Shown: piece by piece, positions 19,842-30,925 of the stretch
How the letters are laid out: every line of letters begins with the position of its first letter
How positions within the stretch are numbered: the stretch's first letter is position 1
Assembly (NCBI GenBank): GCA_016839555.1
Contig: JAEOUA010000010.1
Span: forward strand, 416,001 to 480,000
Origin: Promethearchaeota archaeon
GTDB lineage: Archaea; Asgardarchaeota; Lokiarchaeia; Sigyniarchaeales; SOKP01
DNA length: 64,000 nucleotides
Direction of reading: 5' to 3'
Program-made: the position numbers and the translations under genes
The notes under the pieces: model-generated
Seen by the model: only the letters and a program-made list of their open reading frames with translations
Database searches by the model: none
Told to the model about the DNA's origin: nothing

Positions 19842-21212
19842 TTGAAAATAACATTTATAGGCGCAGGTTCTCTAGTTTTTGGAAAAAACTTGCTTACAGA
19901 TCTCCTTTTATTTCCAGCACTCCAAGAAGACACTATATTATGTCTAGAAGATATTCATGCCGAGAGATTAGATTTAATGTTTCGGTACATAAAAAATTTC
20001 AAGGAAGATTATTTCGACGACAAAGATATAATAATTGAAAAAACTACAAATCAAAGGGAAGCTATTGAGGACGCGAAATATGTGATTAATTCTATACATG
20101 TTGGTGGACTTGAAGCGTTTAAATTAGATGTCGAAATTCCTTTTAAATACGGAGTTACTCAGACCGTAGGAGATACTATCGGTCCTGGTGGTGTTTTCCG
20201 CTTCCTACGCGCGACAAGCACCTTAAAATCAATTCTGCAAGACATGCAAGAAATCGGACACAATGCCAATAACAACGGGGTAAAACCTTTACTCTTAAAC
20301 TACGCCAATCCAATGGCCATGAACACTTGGTTTTGCAACTCGCTCGTTCCAGATTCTACGGTTGGTCTATGTCACGGAGTTCAAGGAACAGCGAGATTAC
20401 TACAGAATTGGTGTGGTTTAAAACATGAAGAATTTAGTTTTTTCTGCGCAGGTATTAATCACATGGCTTGGTTCCTTGAAGTATGGTATAAAGATTCAGG
20501 AGATCCGAATGCAAAATGGCAGGATGCCTACCCTTTGATTTATAAAACTCTTGAAGAAGATCCAAAGAGAGGGAAATCTGAAAAAGTACGCATAGATATG
20601 ATGAAAGCAGCCGGTGGATATTTCATGACAGAGTCATCCCGACATCTAAGCGAGTATGTACCTTATTATCGTAAAATTCCTGATTTTCTAGAAAAATTTC
20701 AAGGGGATATTTCGGGTTTACTAGGGCAAGCTGATGATTATTTAATGCAAGTTAAGTTGCAAGGCAGATTCGAGAAACGTTTAATAAGAGCAATGAAGCG
20801 CCCAAAACTTCCCTATAAGAAAGCACCTACAGGAGAATATGCTCCATTCATCATTAATGCCATGGAAACGAACGTACCGTTTCGATTTAATGGAAATGTA
20901 ATTAACAAAGAGAGAAGTTTAATTACTAATCTTCCTAATGGATGTTGCGTTGAAGTTCCTGTTTTTGCCGATAACCATGGATTACATCCTCAAGGAGGAA
21001 TTACCCTACCAACCATATGTCAAGCGTTGTGTACTTCAAATATCATGGTACAAAAAGCGGCAGTTGAAGGCGTCCTCGAAATGAATCGAGAGAAGATTTA
21101 TCACGCAATATTACTCGATCCTAATACAGCTAGTGTGTGTTCAACAACACAAATCAGTGAAATGGTTGAAGAAATGTTCGAAGCCGAAGCAAAATGGATT
21201 CCTAAATTCTAA
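19842..21212 (+). CDS. Family 4 glycoside hydrolase (NAD-dependent alpha-galactosidase-like)
   Basis: KITFIGAGS, DTIGPGG, NYANPM, GLCH, GINH motifs. Confidence 0.92.
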   Translation: MKITFIGAGSLVFGKNLLTDLLLFPALQEDTILCLEDIHAERLDLMFRYIKNFKEDYFDDKDIIIEKTTNQREAIEDAKYVINSIHVGGLEAFKLDVEIPFKYGVTQTVGDTIGPGGVFRFLRATSTLKSILQDMQEIGHNANNNGVKPLLLNYANPMAMNTWFCNSLVPDSTVGLCHGVQGTARLLQNWCGLKHEEFSFFCAGINHMAWFLEVWYKDSGDPNAKWQDAYPLIYKTLEEDPKRGKSEKVRIDMMKAAGGYFMTESSRHLSEYVPYYRKIPDFLEKFQGDISGLLGQADDYLMQVKLQGRFEKRLIRAMKRPKLPYKKAPTGEYAPFIINAMETNVPFRFNGNVINKERSLITNLPNGCCVEVPVFADNHGLHPQGGITLPTICQALCTSNIMVQKAAVEGVLEMNREKIYHAILLDPNTASVCSTTQISEMVEEMFEAEAKWIPKF

Positions 21213-21324
21213 ATAATAGAAAAATGTGGTTTTAATGTCTAAAAGAAAAATTTATCTTGAAGGGAAAGGAATAAATTTCTTCTGAAATTAAGGGCGAGAA
21301 GAAAAAAGAAGTGATAATAACAAT

Positions 21325-22878
21325 ATGGAAGAGAAAAACAAAAAGGACAATTTAAAGATATCAATATCACAAATTCTTGGAGATGGTATTTTAAATACTG
21401 ATGTAAGGAATAGGTTAGTAAAGCGAAATCAGTTTTTGAAAAGGGAACCTGAAAGCGAACCACTTCCTCAATTTTCTGAAATTGAAAATTTATTACCTCA
21501 ACCTATTTGGGACGGTCATCAAGATGTTTTAGATTGTTATTGGAAAACGTGGGAAATTGGTTTTTCAAATTTAAAGAAACCTCAACAAAATAGTGGTTTT
21601 ATTACAAATTTTATTGATACAGCGTTCAATACTGATATTTTCATGTGGGACTCTGTCTTTATTGTAATGTTTGGCCGTTATGGATCTCGAGTATTTAATT
21701 TTCAAAAGACTCTTGATAATTTTTACTCGCATCAACATCCTGACGGATATATCTGTCGACAAATCAGACGATCTGATGGAGCAGAACGCCACACAAAATT
21801 TGAAGTAAGCAGTACAGGACCTAATATCCTCCCATGGGCGGAATGGGAATATTATTTACATTCAGGTAATTTAGAACGTTTAACTGAAGTTTTTTATCCT
21901 CTTTTGGCATATTATCAATGGTTTCGAAGGTGGCGAAGTTGGCAAAATGGCACCTATTTCTCATCAGGATGGGGTTGTGGAATGGATAATCAACCTCGAC
22001 TTCCTGTGAATAATAGAGATAGATTTTGGTTGCATGGTCATATGTCTTGGATTGACACGACCTTACAGCAAATTTTTTCAGGTTCAATCTTAATCAAGAT
22101 GGCAGATATTATAGATGAGCGAAAAAAGGTTAAAGATATCGAGATTGAAATCAGGGAATTAAGCACCTTTGTAAATAATAATATGTGGGACGAAACGAGC
22201 TCCTATTATTTTGATCGCTTTAAGGATGGTTCTTTATCAGATGTTAAAACAATTGGTGCCTATTAGGCATTACTAGCAGACATTATTCCAAAAGAGAGAA
22301 TCTCTGCATTTATTGAACATCTCAAGAACCCAAATGAATTTAATCGCCCACACAGAATTCCATCATTATCTGCAGATCATAAATCATATTATCCTAAAGG
22401 TGCTTATTGGCTAGGTGGCGTATGGGCTCCTACAAACTACATGGTGTTGAAAGGTTTAAATTTGATTGGAGAGGATACATTGGCACATGAAATTGCTCTT
22501 AATCACTTAGAAAATGTCGTTCATGTCTATAAGGACACTCAGACTGTTTGGGAAAATTATGCCCCAGAAAGTAAAGAGCCCGGTAGTACTGCTAAAGATG
22601 ACTTTGTAGGTTGGACAGGGTTAGTGCCTATCAGTGTTTTATTCGAAAATGTATTTGGTATTCGCCCAAATGTACCTAAAAATCAATTAATTTGGGATGT
22701 CCGCCTTCTGGAAAGACATGGCATTAAACAATATCCTTTTGGCAGTGAAAATTTATTGGATTTAGAATGTAAAGCTCGAAAAGATCCATTTGAAGAAGTC
22801 GAGATCAACGCAACCTCTAATCAACCAGTTTCATTATTAGTTAGATGGGCGGGCGGAGAAAAGACAATAAATTTTTGA
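21325..22878 (+). pseudogene. MGH1/GH63-like (alpha/alpha)6 glycoside hydrolase interrupted by one in-frame TAG (22264-22266)
   Basis: The two track ORFs share a frame; FMWDS, GMDNQPR, YWLGGVWAP, WENYAPE motifs; junction reads KTIGAY*ALLAD. Confidence 0.8.
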
Positions 22879-22954
22879 TTTAAATGATGGATTGGAAGTA
22901 TAAACTTTCTCAGTAAAAAAATTAAAAAGAATGAAATAAGAATTATCTTAATAA

Positions 22955-23815
22955 TTATTCAAATAATTCCTTAAATTTAGGCAAACATTCCCTATATCCA
23001 TCTTCATATGTACCATTTAATGGGTGGTAAACACTCTCCAAACTTACAACCCCTTGATAATTATCTCGTTTTAAAGCTTTTGCGATAGGCTCGAGATAAG
23101 GCGCAACATCGCCCATTCCAAGTGGGCAGAAATTAACTGTAGCTCTTGAAATATTCGCAACACAGTCTTTAAGATGAATATGTCCAATATAATCTTTTAT
23201 TTCTTCATATGCATCTGGATAAGGAATTTCTGTGCAATACATGGTATTTGGAATATCCCAAATAATTTTCATGTAGTCAGTTCCCAAATCATCAATCATT
23301 TTCTTTCCAAGCCAACCGGAAGTGATCATTGCATTATTCCCTGTTTCAACCGCTATAATAATATCCTCATCTTCTGCAAGCTTTGCAACCGGTTTCATAA
23401 GTTCAATGAATGAATCCCATGCTCCACTACTTACAACCCATTTTTCTGCACCATATCCACCAAAGATTATCATCTCTTTTCGACCACTCATGATTCTTAC
23501 AATTGGGCAATCTAAATCCTTAGCAATTTTAATATTTCGTTTTAATGAATCGAAATGTTTTTGATAAACTGGATCACCTACTTTTGTAGATTTGACAGGG
23601 ATACCACCAAATATATGCCTGCTAAGGCATGATAAATTTATGTTATATTGAAAAAGTAAATCCTCAACTTTCTTATATTCTTCATCAGTATGATCCCCAA
23701 TTTCCTTATCCCAAAAGAATTGAAGCTCAGCATATTCCATTCCAGTTTCATTCATTACTTTGAAAGCATATTCAAGATCTCTGCTAATTCCATCTGTAAT
23801 AACGCCATGTTTCAT
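22955..23815 (-). CDS. Sugar phosphate isomerase/epimerase (xylose-isomerase-like TIM barrel)
   Basis: AVET, WDIPN, HIHLKD, VSLE metal ligands. Confidence 0.85.
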   Translation of the reverse strand: MKHGVITDGISRDLEYAFKVMNETGMEYAELQFFWDKEIGDHTDEEYKKVEDLLFQYNINLSCLSRHIFGGIPVKSTKVGDPVYQKHFDSLKRNIKIAKDLDCPIVRIMSGRKEMIIFGGYGAEKWVVSSGAWDSFIELMKPVAKLAEDEDIIIAVETGNNAMITSGWLGKKMIDDLGTDYMKIIWDIPNTMYCTEIPYPDAYEEIKDYIGHIHLKDCVANISRATVNFCPLGMGDVAPYLEPIAKALKRDNYQGVVSLESVYHPLNGTYEDGYRECLPKFKELFE

Positions 23816-23821
23816 CTCTAT

Positions 23822-24724
23822 CTACTCCTCCACTTTTCCTTTGACTTCTATTCCCGCTATTTGTTCAAGAAGCTTCACAATTGACCAATTATCACCTTCT
23901 GGAAATAAAGAAAAACCCGCTCGGAACAATTCATAAGCAGCAGCAGTAGTGCTCATCATTACCCCATTATCTTTTGCCATTTTCATGGAAATACCTAAGT
24001 CTTTATACATGGTTCCGATATGACTACCTGTCTTCTCAAACTTTCTTTCCATGATTAATTTTGCACAATTTTTAAAAAGATTACTAGAAACACTGCTTGT
24101 ACTAAAGACTTTGTATAATACCTCAGCTGGTACACCCGATTTTACACCAAGAACTAGAGATTCAAATATTGCTGTAAAGCTTGAACCGATTAATGCTTGA
24201 AGTGAAGCTTTTGCGGTTTGCCCCATTCCAATTTTATCCCCAATATAGTGGATGTCTTTAGCCACAGCTTCAAAAACTGGTTTACAATCCTCAAAAACTT
24301 CTTTTTTAGCTACTGTCATGAAGGTTAAAGTCCCATTCTCAGCACCGGATTTACCGCCACTGACAGGCGTATCAACAAGATTAATACCCTTACTAAGGAT
24401 TGGTTCTTCAAGCTCAATCACTTCAGGTGGATTAATTGTTGCGGATACAACAATAGTAGATCCTTCCTTCATGCCCACAAGCAATCCATCTTTTCCAAAG
24501 ACCACTTCTTTCACTTGGGCGCCATTAAGAACCATAATAAATACGATGTTTGATTTTTCACCAACTTCTCTGCAACTTGCAGCAGGTTTACCTCCTAATT
24601 TAGATAACATCTCAAGACGATCTGCTTTAAGATCATATCCTGTGAGTTCAAATCCGTTTTTAATGAGATTTTTGGCCATTCCGATACCCATATTGCCAAG
24701 ACCAATTATACCAACTTTTTTCAT
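23822..24724 (-). CDS. NAD(P)-dependent beta-hydroxyacid dehydrogenase (3-hydroxyisobutyrate / sugar-acid dehydrogenase family)
   Basis: GIIGLGNMG, DTPVSGG, catalytic K, KDLG. Confidence 0.9.
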   Translation of the reverse strand: MKKVGIIGLGNMGIGMAKNLIKNGFELTGYDLKADRLEMLSKLGGKPAASCREVGEKSNIVFIMVLNGAQVKEVVFGKDGLLVGMKEGSTIVVSATINPPEVIELEEPILSKGINLVDTPVSGGKSGAENGTLTFMTVAKKEVFEDCKPVFEAVAKDIHYIGDKIGMGQTAKASLQALIGSSFTAIFESLVLGVKSGVPAEVLYKVFSTSSVSSNLFKNCAKLIMERKFEKTGSHIGTMYKDLGISMKMAKDNGVMMSTTAAAYELFRAGFSLFPEGDNWSIVKLLEQIAGIEVKGKVEE

Positions 24725-24851
24725 AAAATCACGCTAAAATTGTTATTGAGATATAAATTTTTCAGTTGAATTAAATTTAAGCATTTTGAAGTCAGTTAAG
24801 AAGTTAAAAATATAAATTTTTTATTGATAAAAAATTACATCTGAAATAATA

Positions 24852-26012
24852 ATGAATAAGTTTAAAAGGAAATTAATGAACCTCGGTCTTAAATATGTAA
24901 AACCAAGGATCCATGATAAAAAGGTTCAACACATAATTAAGGACTACAATCTGCCAGATCCTCTAATTTTCCAAAATGGAGAGAAAGTCATTGATAAAAA
25001 ACAATGGATCGAGAAGAGAAGGGCAGAAATCTTACACTTATTTAAAGAAAATGTATATGGAAAAATCCCAACTGAAGCGGTTGAAACCAATTATAATATT
25101 ATAAATGAAGATAAAAAAGCACTAAATGGATTTGCTACAAGAAAGGCAATCAAAATAACTTTTAGGCGTGGTAGACGACAGATTGATGCCAAATTGCAAA
25201 TATATGTACCAAATAATGTAGATAGGCCTGTCCCTGCTTTTGTAGGCCTACCAAATTGGTGGCTTGGTTACAAGAGAAGTCTTTGGCCATTCAAGCATGT
25301 TATCCAAAGGGGATATGCACTCGCAACAGCAAGATTTGGGGATTTTGATCCTAATAGTGATAATTTTAAAAATGGTGTTCATCCTTTGTTTTACAAAGAA
25401 GGACAAACTCGACCATTAGAAAATGAATGGGGTACTATTGGAGCATGGTCTTGGGGGCTAATAGAACTCATGAATTATTTTGAATCGGATTCTGATATTG
25501 ATCAGAACCGTATAGCCGTGTTAGGGCACTCTCGAATGGGAAAGGCCGCTTTATGGGCTGGTGTTAATGATGAACGTTTCTCAATTGTCATATCAAATAA
25601 TTCGGGCTGTTGTGGAGCTGCGTTATTTCGTAGAAAAATTGGAGAGACGATTAAAATGATTAATGAATGTTTTCCACATTGGTTATGTTTTAATTTTAAG
25701 AAATATAATAATAGAGAATTTAATCTTCCTGTAGATCAGCACATACTTATAGCTTTGGTTGCACCTCGACCCGTTTATATTGCTAGCGGACAAGACGACA
25801 TTTGGGCTGATCCTATAGGGGAATTTCTTTCTGCAAAGCATGCAGATCCTGTATATAAATTGCTCGGAACTACAGGATTGGGTACTGATAAAATGCCTAA
25901 AATTAATGAGCCTATAATGAGTACGATTGGTTATCATATTCGGCAAGGAGGACATAAATTATCCTTATATGATTGGCATAGATATATGGATTTTGCTGAT
26001 TTGTATCTTTAA
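24852..26012 (+). CDS. CE15 glucuronoyl esterase-like alpha/beta hydrolase
   Basis: GHSRMGK nucleophile motif, SGCCGAA, LPVDQH, APRP, WADP. Confidence 0.85.
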   Translation: MNKFKRKLMNLGLKYVKPRIHDKKVQHIIKDYNLPDPLIFQNGEKVIDKKQWIEKRRAEILHLFKENVYGKIPTEAVETNYNIINEDKKALNGFATRKAIKITFRRGRRQIDAKLQIYVPNNVDRPVPAFVGLPNWWLGYKRSLWPFKHVIQRGYALATARFGDFDPNSDNFKNGVHPLFYKEGQTRPLENEWGTIGAWSWGLIELMNYFESDSDIDQNRIAVLGHSRMGKAALWAGVNDERFSIVISNNSGCCGAALFRRKIGETIKMINECFPHWLCFNFKKYNNREFNLPVDQHILIALVAPRPVYIASGQDDIWADPIGEFLSAKHADPVYKLLGTTGLGTDKMPKINEPIMSTIGYHIRQGGHKLSLYDWHRYMDFADLYL

Positions 26013-26604
26013 TGCGCATCTAATTGGAAAAAGATTTTCTGGGAATTTTACGTCCTACCTTCTGGGTGTCAATTTTTTCATTCATTTTATTTTTATTTCA
26101 CCTGTTTACCGCATTTTACCATAAATTTACTCTATTTTCTTATTTTTCTTTGCCCTACTATTTTTTCGGTTTTCATCTATAAAAATATTAAATTTTAGTT
26201 TGATTTTTTCTTATATTTTCGTATTTTACTCAAAATCAAAATCTACATTTGAAGAATAAAGGTATAATTCCGATAAGCTTCAATAATAAATTCAACTACA
26301 GTATCATTAATTCTTTTGAATTATAAATTATAATTTTAAGTTAACTTTCTCTCCTTGATATTCTATCGTAGCCCCAATTCTACCTGATGGTGAAATTCCA
26401 AAACCATTCTGTTCATTCACCAAAATTATATTTGATAGTTTTGACATCTTAAATCAGAACTCTTTTCTTTTTTTCTAAACTAATAGTCTTAAATAATACT
26501 CTTAAAATATTATTAAATTTTTGGTTATATAATCATAGATCTAATTAGAAATAATTTTTTATTAAAAAAAGGAAAAAGAATAAAATAACATAAATATTTA
26601 AGAA

Positions 26605-27419
26605 TTGATTACAATGTCTAAAAGAAAGAATAACAGTAGGCAAGAAAGAGATAGTACAATCCATAAAGTTCCATTTAGTCAAAAGGCTTATTATGGAATT
26701 TCAATGGCAGGATTTACATTTATAGGGAGTATGATTGATGGGGCAATGTTAAAATTATATACCGATTTTATATTATTTCCCGCTCTTTTGTTTGGAATCG
26801 TGCAATTATTATTTTCAATTATAAATGCCATTAATGATCCGATAATAGGATATTTTTCAGATCGAACTACACCTGTTGAAGGGAAAGGAAAACGAAAGAT
26901 ATGGTTATTTAGAGCCATTCCTCTAGTGGCTATTGGATATTTTTTAATGATTTTCATGAATCCCGACGTTCCTCACATGGCAATCTTTATTTTTTTACTT
27001 ATTGGCCTAGTTCTTCATGACACTGGACATGCCATGAATAGTATTAATAGAGGAGCCCTTATGATTACGGTCACGGATGATGATATTGAGAGAGCTTCAT
27101 TTGCAACAATAAGCTTAGTATTCCAAACAATTTTAGGTATTATTTCTTACCTGTTAATATTGCTATTTGTTATAGGAACTACTCCTTTATGGGTTCTCTA
27201 TATCTTGTTTACTATTGTGGGAGTTATTGGTATGGGAGTTGCATTTTTAGGTGTGAGTGGGATAAAAGAACCTTCCAAATTATACTACGGACAAACATTT
27301 CCTAAATTTAAACAATTAATAAAGGAAGTTTTTAAATCGAAATCATTTATTTTTTCATCATTCTTCAATTTGTAGTGGGTGCCGTTACCTCGACAGTTAT
27401 AACCTTTCAGGTTTTTTAA
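26605..27419 (+). pseudogene. Truncated and frameshifted MFS (GPH-family) sugar transporter
   Basis: INDPIIGYFSDR motif; only about half the TMs; frameshift at T-run 27350-27355; shifted frame continues FIILQFVVGAVTSTVITFQVF* to 27419. Confidence 0.75.
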
Positions 27420-27426
27420 CGCTCAG

Positions 27427-28476
27427 ATGATTAGCATGTTTCAAAAAAATCCTTCTTTTTTCATAAAAATCCTTCAAGATCCTCGTATTCTTGAAAAAAT
27501 TGTGGGAGGATCGTTTAAAAAAGCTACTAGCCTTCATAAAAAATTTAATTATGATATGTTTATGGCTCTTCCTGGTGTTCCAATGATTTGTTCATTCGAA
27601 AAAATAATGCAAGATTTCACTATTGAAGAAAATAATAAAGTGATAAGAGGACCAGATGGGAGACTTGTATGGCGTACCAGCCCTGATGGAGCACATACAA
27701 GACATGGATTTATGCAATCTCCTGAAGATTGGGAGAAATATATGGAATTTGATGCTGATCATCGTGGAAATTATGCCTTAGTAAAAAGCACAGTTAAAGC
27801 GTGTAAGGAAATGTCAATTTGTCCTTTTTTTTTCCTATTTGGATCTGGCTTCTTTGAAGAATTATGTGGCATGTTTGGATTTGAAACATTATTCAAGCTA
27901 TTAATAAAGGATAAGAACTTCATTAAAAAAGCTGTTAAAGAAATGAGCGAATATACCATCTCAGTAGGAGAGAAAATTATTGAAGAAGGGGGCGAATATG
28001 TATATATGAGCAATGATTTAGGACTTAAAGGAACAAGTATCATTTCACCTCGCATGTTCAGAGAACTCTTCAAACCAAGTATCAAGAAGTTCTGCAATAA
28101 AATACATAACTGTGGGGGCAAGGTATTGATGCATTCTTGTGGGTATGTGATGAACCTGCTTCCAGATTTTGTTGAGATGGGAATTGATGCCCTCCATCCA
28201 ATAGAAAAGGCTGCGGGAAATGATATAGTAGATATAAAGAAAAAATATGGAAAAGACTTAACATTAATAGGAAATGTTCCCATTCCTCTATTAAGTCATG
28301 GAACTCCAGAAGAAGTCACTGAATACGTGAAATATCTGTTAGAAAATGTGTCTAAAGAGGGGGGGCATATTTTTTCTTCATCACATTCCATAACCAAATG
28401 GTGCAAGTTAGAAAACTTTTTAGCCTACAGCAAGGCAGTTAATGATTTTGGAACATATCCCATCAAAATTAGTTAA
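27427..28476 (+). CDS. Uroporphyrinogen decarboxylase (URO-D/MtaA) family protein, possibly missing its N-terminus
   Basis: NDLG...ISPRMFRE, MHSCG, LIGNV, GGHIFSSSH motifs. Confidence 0.8.
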   Translation: MISMFQKNPSFFIKILQDPRILEKIVGGSFKKATSLHKKFNYDMFMALPGVPMICSFEKIMQDFTIEENNKVIRGPDGRLVWRTSPDGAHTRHGFMQSPEDWEKYMEFDADHRGNYALVKSTVKACKEMSICPFFFLFGSGFFEELCGMFGFETLFKLLIKDKNFIKKAVKEMSEYTISVGEKIIEEGGEYVYMSNDLGLKGTSIISPRMFRELFKPSIKKFCNKIHNCGGKVLMHSCGYVMNLLPDFVEMGIDALHPIEKAAGNDIVDIKKKYGKDLTLIGNVPIPLLSHGTPEEVTEYVKYLLENVSKEGGHIFSSSHSITKWCKLENFLAYSKAVNDFGTYPIKIS

Positions 28477-28821
28477 AAAAAAGGATAAATATTTCCCATA
28501 AAACAAATTATTTTTTATCATTCATTTTCTTGATTTTATAAGATAATTTTAGAAATTCATTAAAAAATCATTAACTTCTGGTTTTTTCTTTAGGAATGCA
28601 AAAAGACTCGATCTTTTCTAATTAAAGGAGTTAAATGAAAATTATACTAAATACATAAATCCAATCCCCGCCTAATTATTACTTTAAATGATTTTTAAAT
28701 GAAAAACCCTTACTTAACAAAATAGTTATAATTAACAAGATGTCTGGTTAATTGGACAAAAATTAGACAATCACGAAAGATAGCTTCGTCAGTTTTGAAT
28801 TAGTAAGGTAAAATAAAAACA

Positions 28822-30147
28822 TTATTTAAAATTAGGTAAATATTTTTTTTGTACTCCCTTCATCTCATTAAATATTGCTTCAGCCATTTCAAAACTGCCA
28901 CAATTCACATCAATTGCTAAACAATCAATTGCTAGTTGCTTCGATTCTTGCAATATAGCCTCAACACATAAATCTTGAATAGAAGCTTCTATACGTAAGA
29001 TTGCCGCAATATTTTTAGGAATGTTCCCCAATTTTACTCCATGAACCCCCTCCTTATTTACAGTTCCGGAACATTCGATTACAAGATCTTGAGGAAGGTT
29101 GTCGATAATCCCATTATTGGGTATATTAACAGCAATTTCATAAGAATTACTATCTTTTATTATAGCTTCGATTATGGGGATTGCTCTCTCTCCAGATGGT
29201 TCTTTCAATAACATACCTTTTTTAGGATATCTTCCTTTCTTTAATCTTTTATGATACCTCTTGAATCGATCAGTACCCCCTTTATTGGCTTGTTCCATCA
29301 TTGTAATCCAGTCTGTTAAATCTTGTTGTGTAGTATATTGAGATCCTATCTGTAAATATTCACAAATATGATTATCGCCGACATAAGGAAACCATCCAAA
29401 CATTTTATATATCTCAAATGTAAGATCAGCAAAATGAAATCTATCCCACTTATCTTTAAAATACTCCATACATTTTATATTAAATTCAGGGATTAAATCA
29501 ACACCGGATTTTAAATCTTTTAATCCAAGTAAAAAGGCAAAATGATTAAGTCCTCCAGTAATTAGCTGCATCTCATTTAAATCTCTATTCAACATAGCTT
29601 GTATGTGATGCGAAGTTAAAAGTCCTATTTGGTGGCAAAGGCCAAGCATTTTCAATTTAGGAACCTCTCTTTTCAACGCAAGACATATACGTGATACAGG
29701 ATTTGAATAATTTATAAAGAAAGCATCAGGACATATTCTTTGAACATCTTTAGCTATCTTGACAATTTCTGGAATTTGACGGGCACTATGGAAGAATCCT
29801 CCCGCACCACCATTTTCACCCATTCTTTCAGTAGTCCCATGTTTTCTTGGGATTGTATTATCTTGCCAACGTAATTCAAATCGATCTCCATGTTCTGTAG
29901 AATTAATAATAAAATCTGCTCCTTTTAAAGCTTTTTCTCTATTTGTTGTAGATTCTATCGTAAATTTATTTCCAATTTTCTTATTATCTTCTGATACAAC
30001 CTCGTACACCATCTGTAATTTATTTTCGTCTGTATCGACGAGCGTAATTGTAGAACCATCCAAAATCTCACTTCGGTTCAAGTCAATGAAGGTGGGTGGG
30101 CCAAAAGCAGGGCTCCCTGCTCCAATTAAAACAATTTTTATATCCAT
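28822..30147 (-). CDS. Family 4 glycoside hydrolase
   Basis: IGAGS, ENGGAGG, NYSNP, GLCH, GLNH motifs. Confidence 0.9.
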   Translation of the reverse strand: MDIKIVLIGAGSPAFGPPTFIDLNRSEILDGSTITLVDTDENKLQMVYEVVSEDNKKIGNKFTIESTTNREKALKGADFIINSTEHGDRFELRWQDNTIPRKHGTTERMGENGGAGGFFHSARQIPEIVKIAKDVQRICPDAFFINYSNPVSRICLALKREVPKLKMLGLCHQIGLLTSHHIQAMLNRDLNEMQLITGGLNHFAFLLGLKDLKSGVDLIPEFNIKCMEYFKDKWDRFHFADLTFEIYKMFGWFPYVGDNHICEYLQIGSQYTTQQDLTDWITMMEQANKGGTDRFKRYHKRLKKGRYPKKGMLLKEPSGERAIPIIEAIIKDSNSYEIAVNIPNNGIIDNLPQDLVIECSGTVNKEGVHGVKLGNIPKNIAAILRIEASIQDLCVEAILQESKQLAIDCLAIDVNCGSFEMAEAIFNEMKGVQKKYLPNFK

Positions 30148-30348
30148 TATATATCTTCAAATGAGAATAGAAAAATAAAATTCCTTAATTCTATTAAAAT
30201 GAAAAAAATAGTATCTAAAAACCTCTAAAAAATATAATTTATTTAATCTAATAACTCTCATAAATGTATCTTTATTTTATAACCGATTGATAAATAAGCA
30301 ATCAAATTATGATGAAAATGAATAATAGAAAGAGATAAGGTTAAAATT

Positions 30349-30864
30349 ATGTCGATAAAGAAAGGAGATGTGATAAAAGTAGCATATACCTTATGGGATG
30401 GAGAAGGGAGATTACTTAGCTCTAGCGATGAGAGAGAAGAAAAACAGATAAAAATCCACATAGGAAGAGGTCAAGTTATACCAGAATTTGAACAAGCTCT
30501 CATTGGCATGGAAAAGGGAGAAGAAAAAGAATTTGTTTTACAACCAAACGAAGCTTACGGAGAATTTAATCCATTATTAGTTGAAAAAATTCCCAGAGAT
30601 AAATTATCAAATAAAGATGATGTGGATATGAAAATAGGAAACAAAGTGGAAGTGATCGCTCCTAATGGAATGTCCTCTATGGGCTGGATAAGATTAATTG
30701 AGGATGATTTTATTATTGTCGATATGAATCCACCTTTAGCGGGAAGGATTCTAAAATTTAAAGTAAGAATAATTGATACTAATTTGGAGCCAGAACCGAC
30801 CATCAATCCTTTTCTTTTTGGCATGAGCTGTGGAGATTCATGCGATCATGACCAAAATCATTAA
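30349..30864 (+). CDS. slyD: FKBP-type peptidyl-prolyl isomerase (SlyD-like)
   Basis: G..QVIPEFE, PNEAYG, DMNPPLAG motifs; short Cys/His tail. Confidence 0.85.
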   Translation: MSIKKGDVIKVAYTLWDGEGRLLSSSDEREEKQIKIHIGRGQVIPEFEQALIGMEKGEEKEFVLQPNEAYGEFNPLLVEKIPRDKLSNKDDVDMKIGNKVEVIAPNGMSSMGWIRLIEDDFIIVDMNPPLAGRILKFKVRIIDTNLEPEPTINPFLFGMSCGDSCDHDQNH

Positions 30865-30925
30865 ATTAAAGAAAAAGACTAATTAAATATTAATAAGATT
30901 TATAATATTAAAAATTTCAATTTAT

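Noticed and set aside
22264-22266. Amber codon as part of a BHB intron or as genome-wide TAG reassignment
   Set aside because: The protein reads through with no extra residues to remove and no BHB geometry; several intact genes in the window end in TAG
26230-26447. Minus-strand ORF fragment MSKLSNIILVNEQNGFGISPSGRIG... with an AT hairpin at its stop, tested as another intron
   Set aside because: The would-be central helix (AACT vs CAAA) does not pair; probably a degraded gene remnant, and I cannot assign a product
27373-27420. Small hairpin AACCT/AGGTT at the MFS/URO-D junction as an intron
   Set aside because: No 4-bp helix with two 3-nt bulges, and splicing would fuse unrelated proteins
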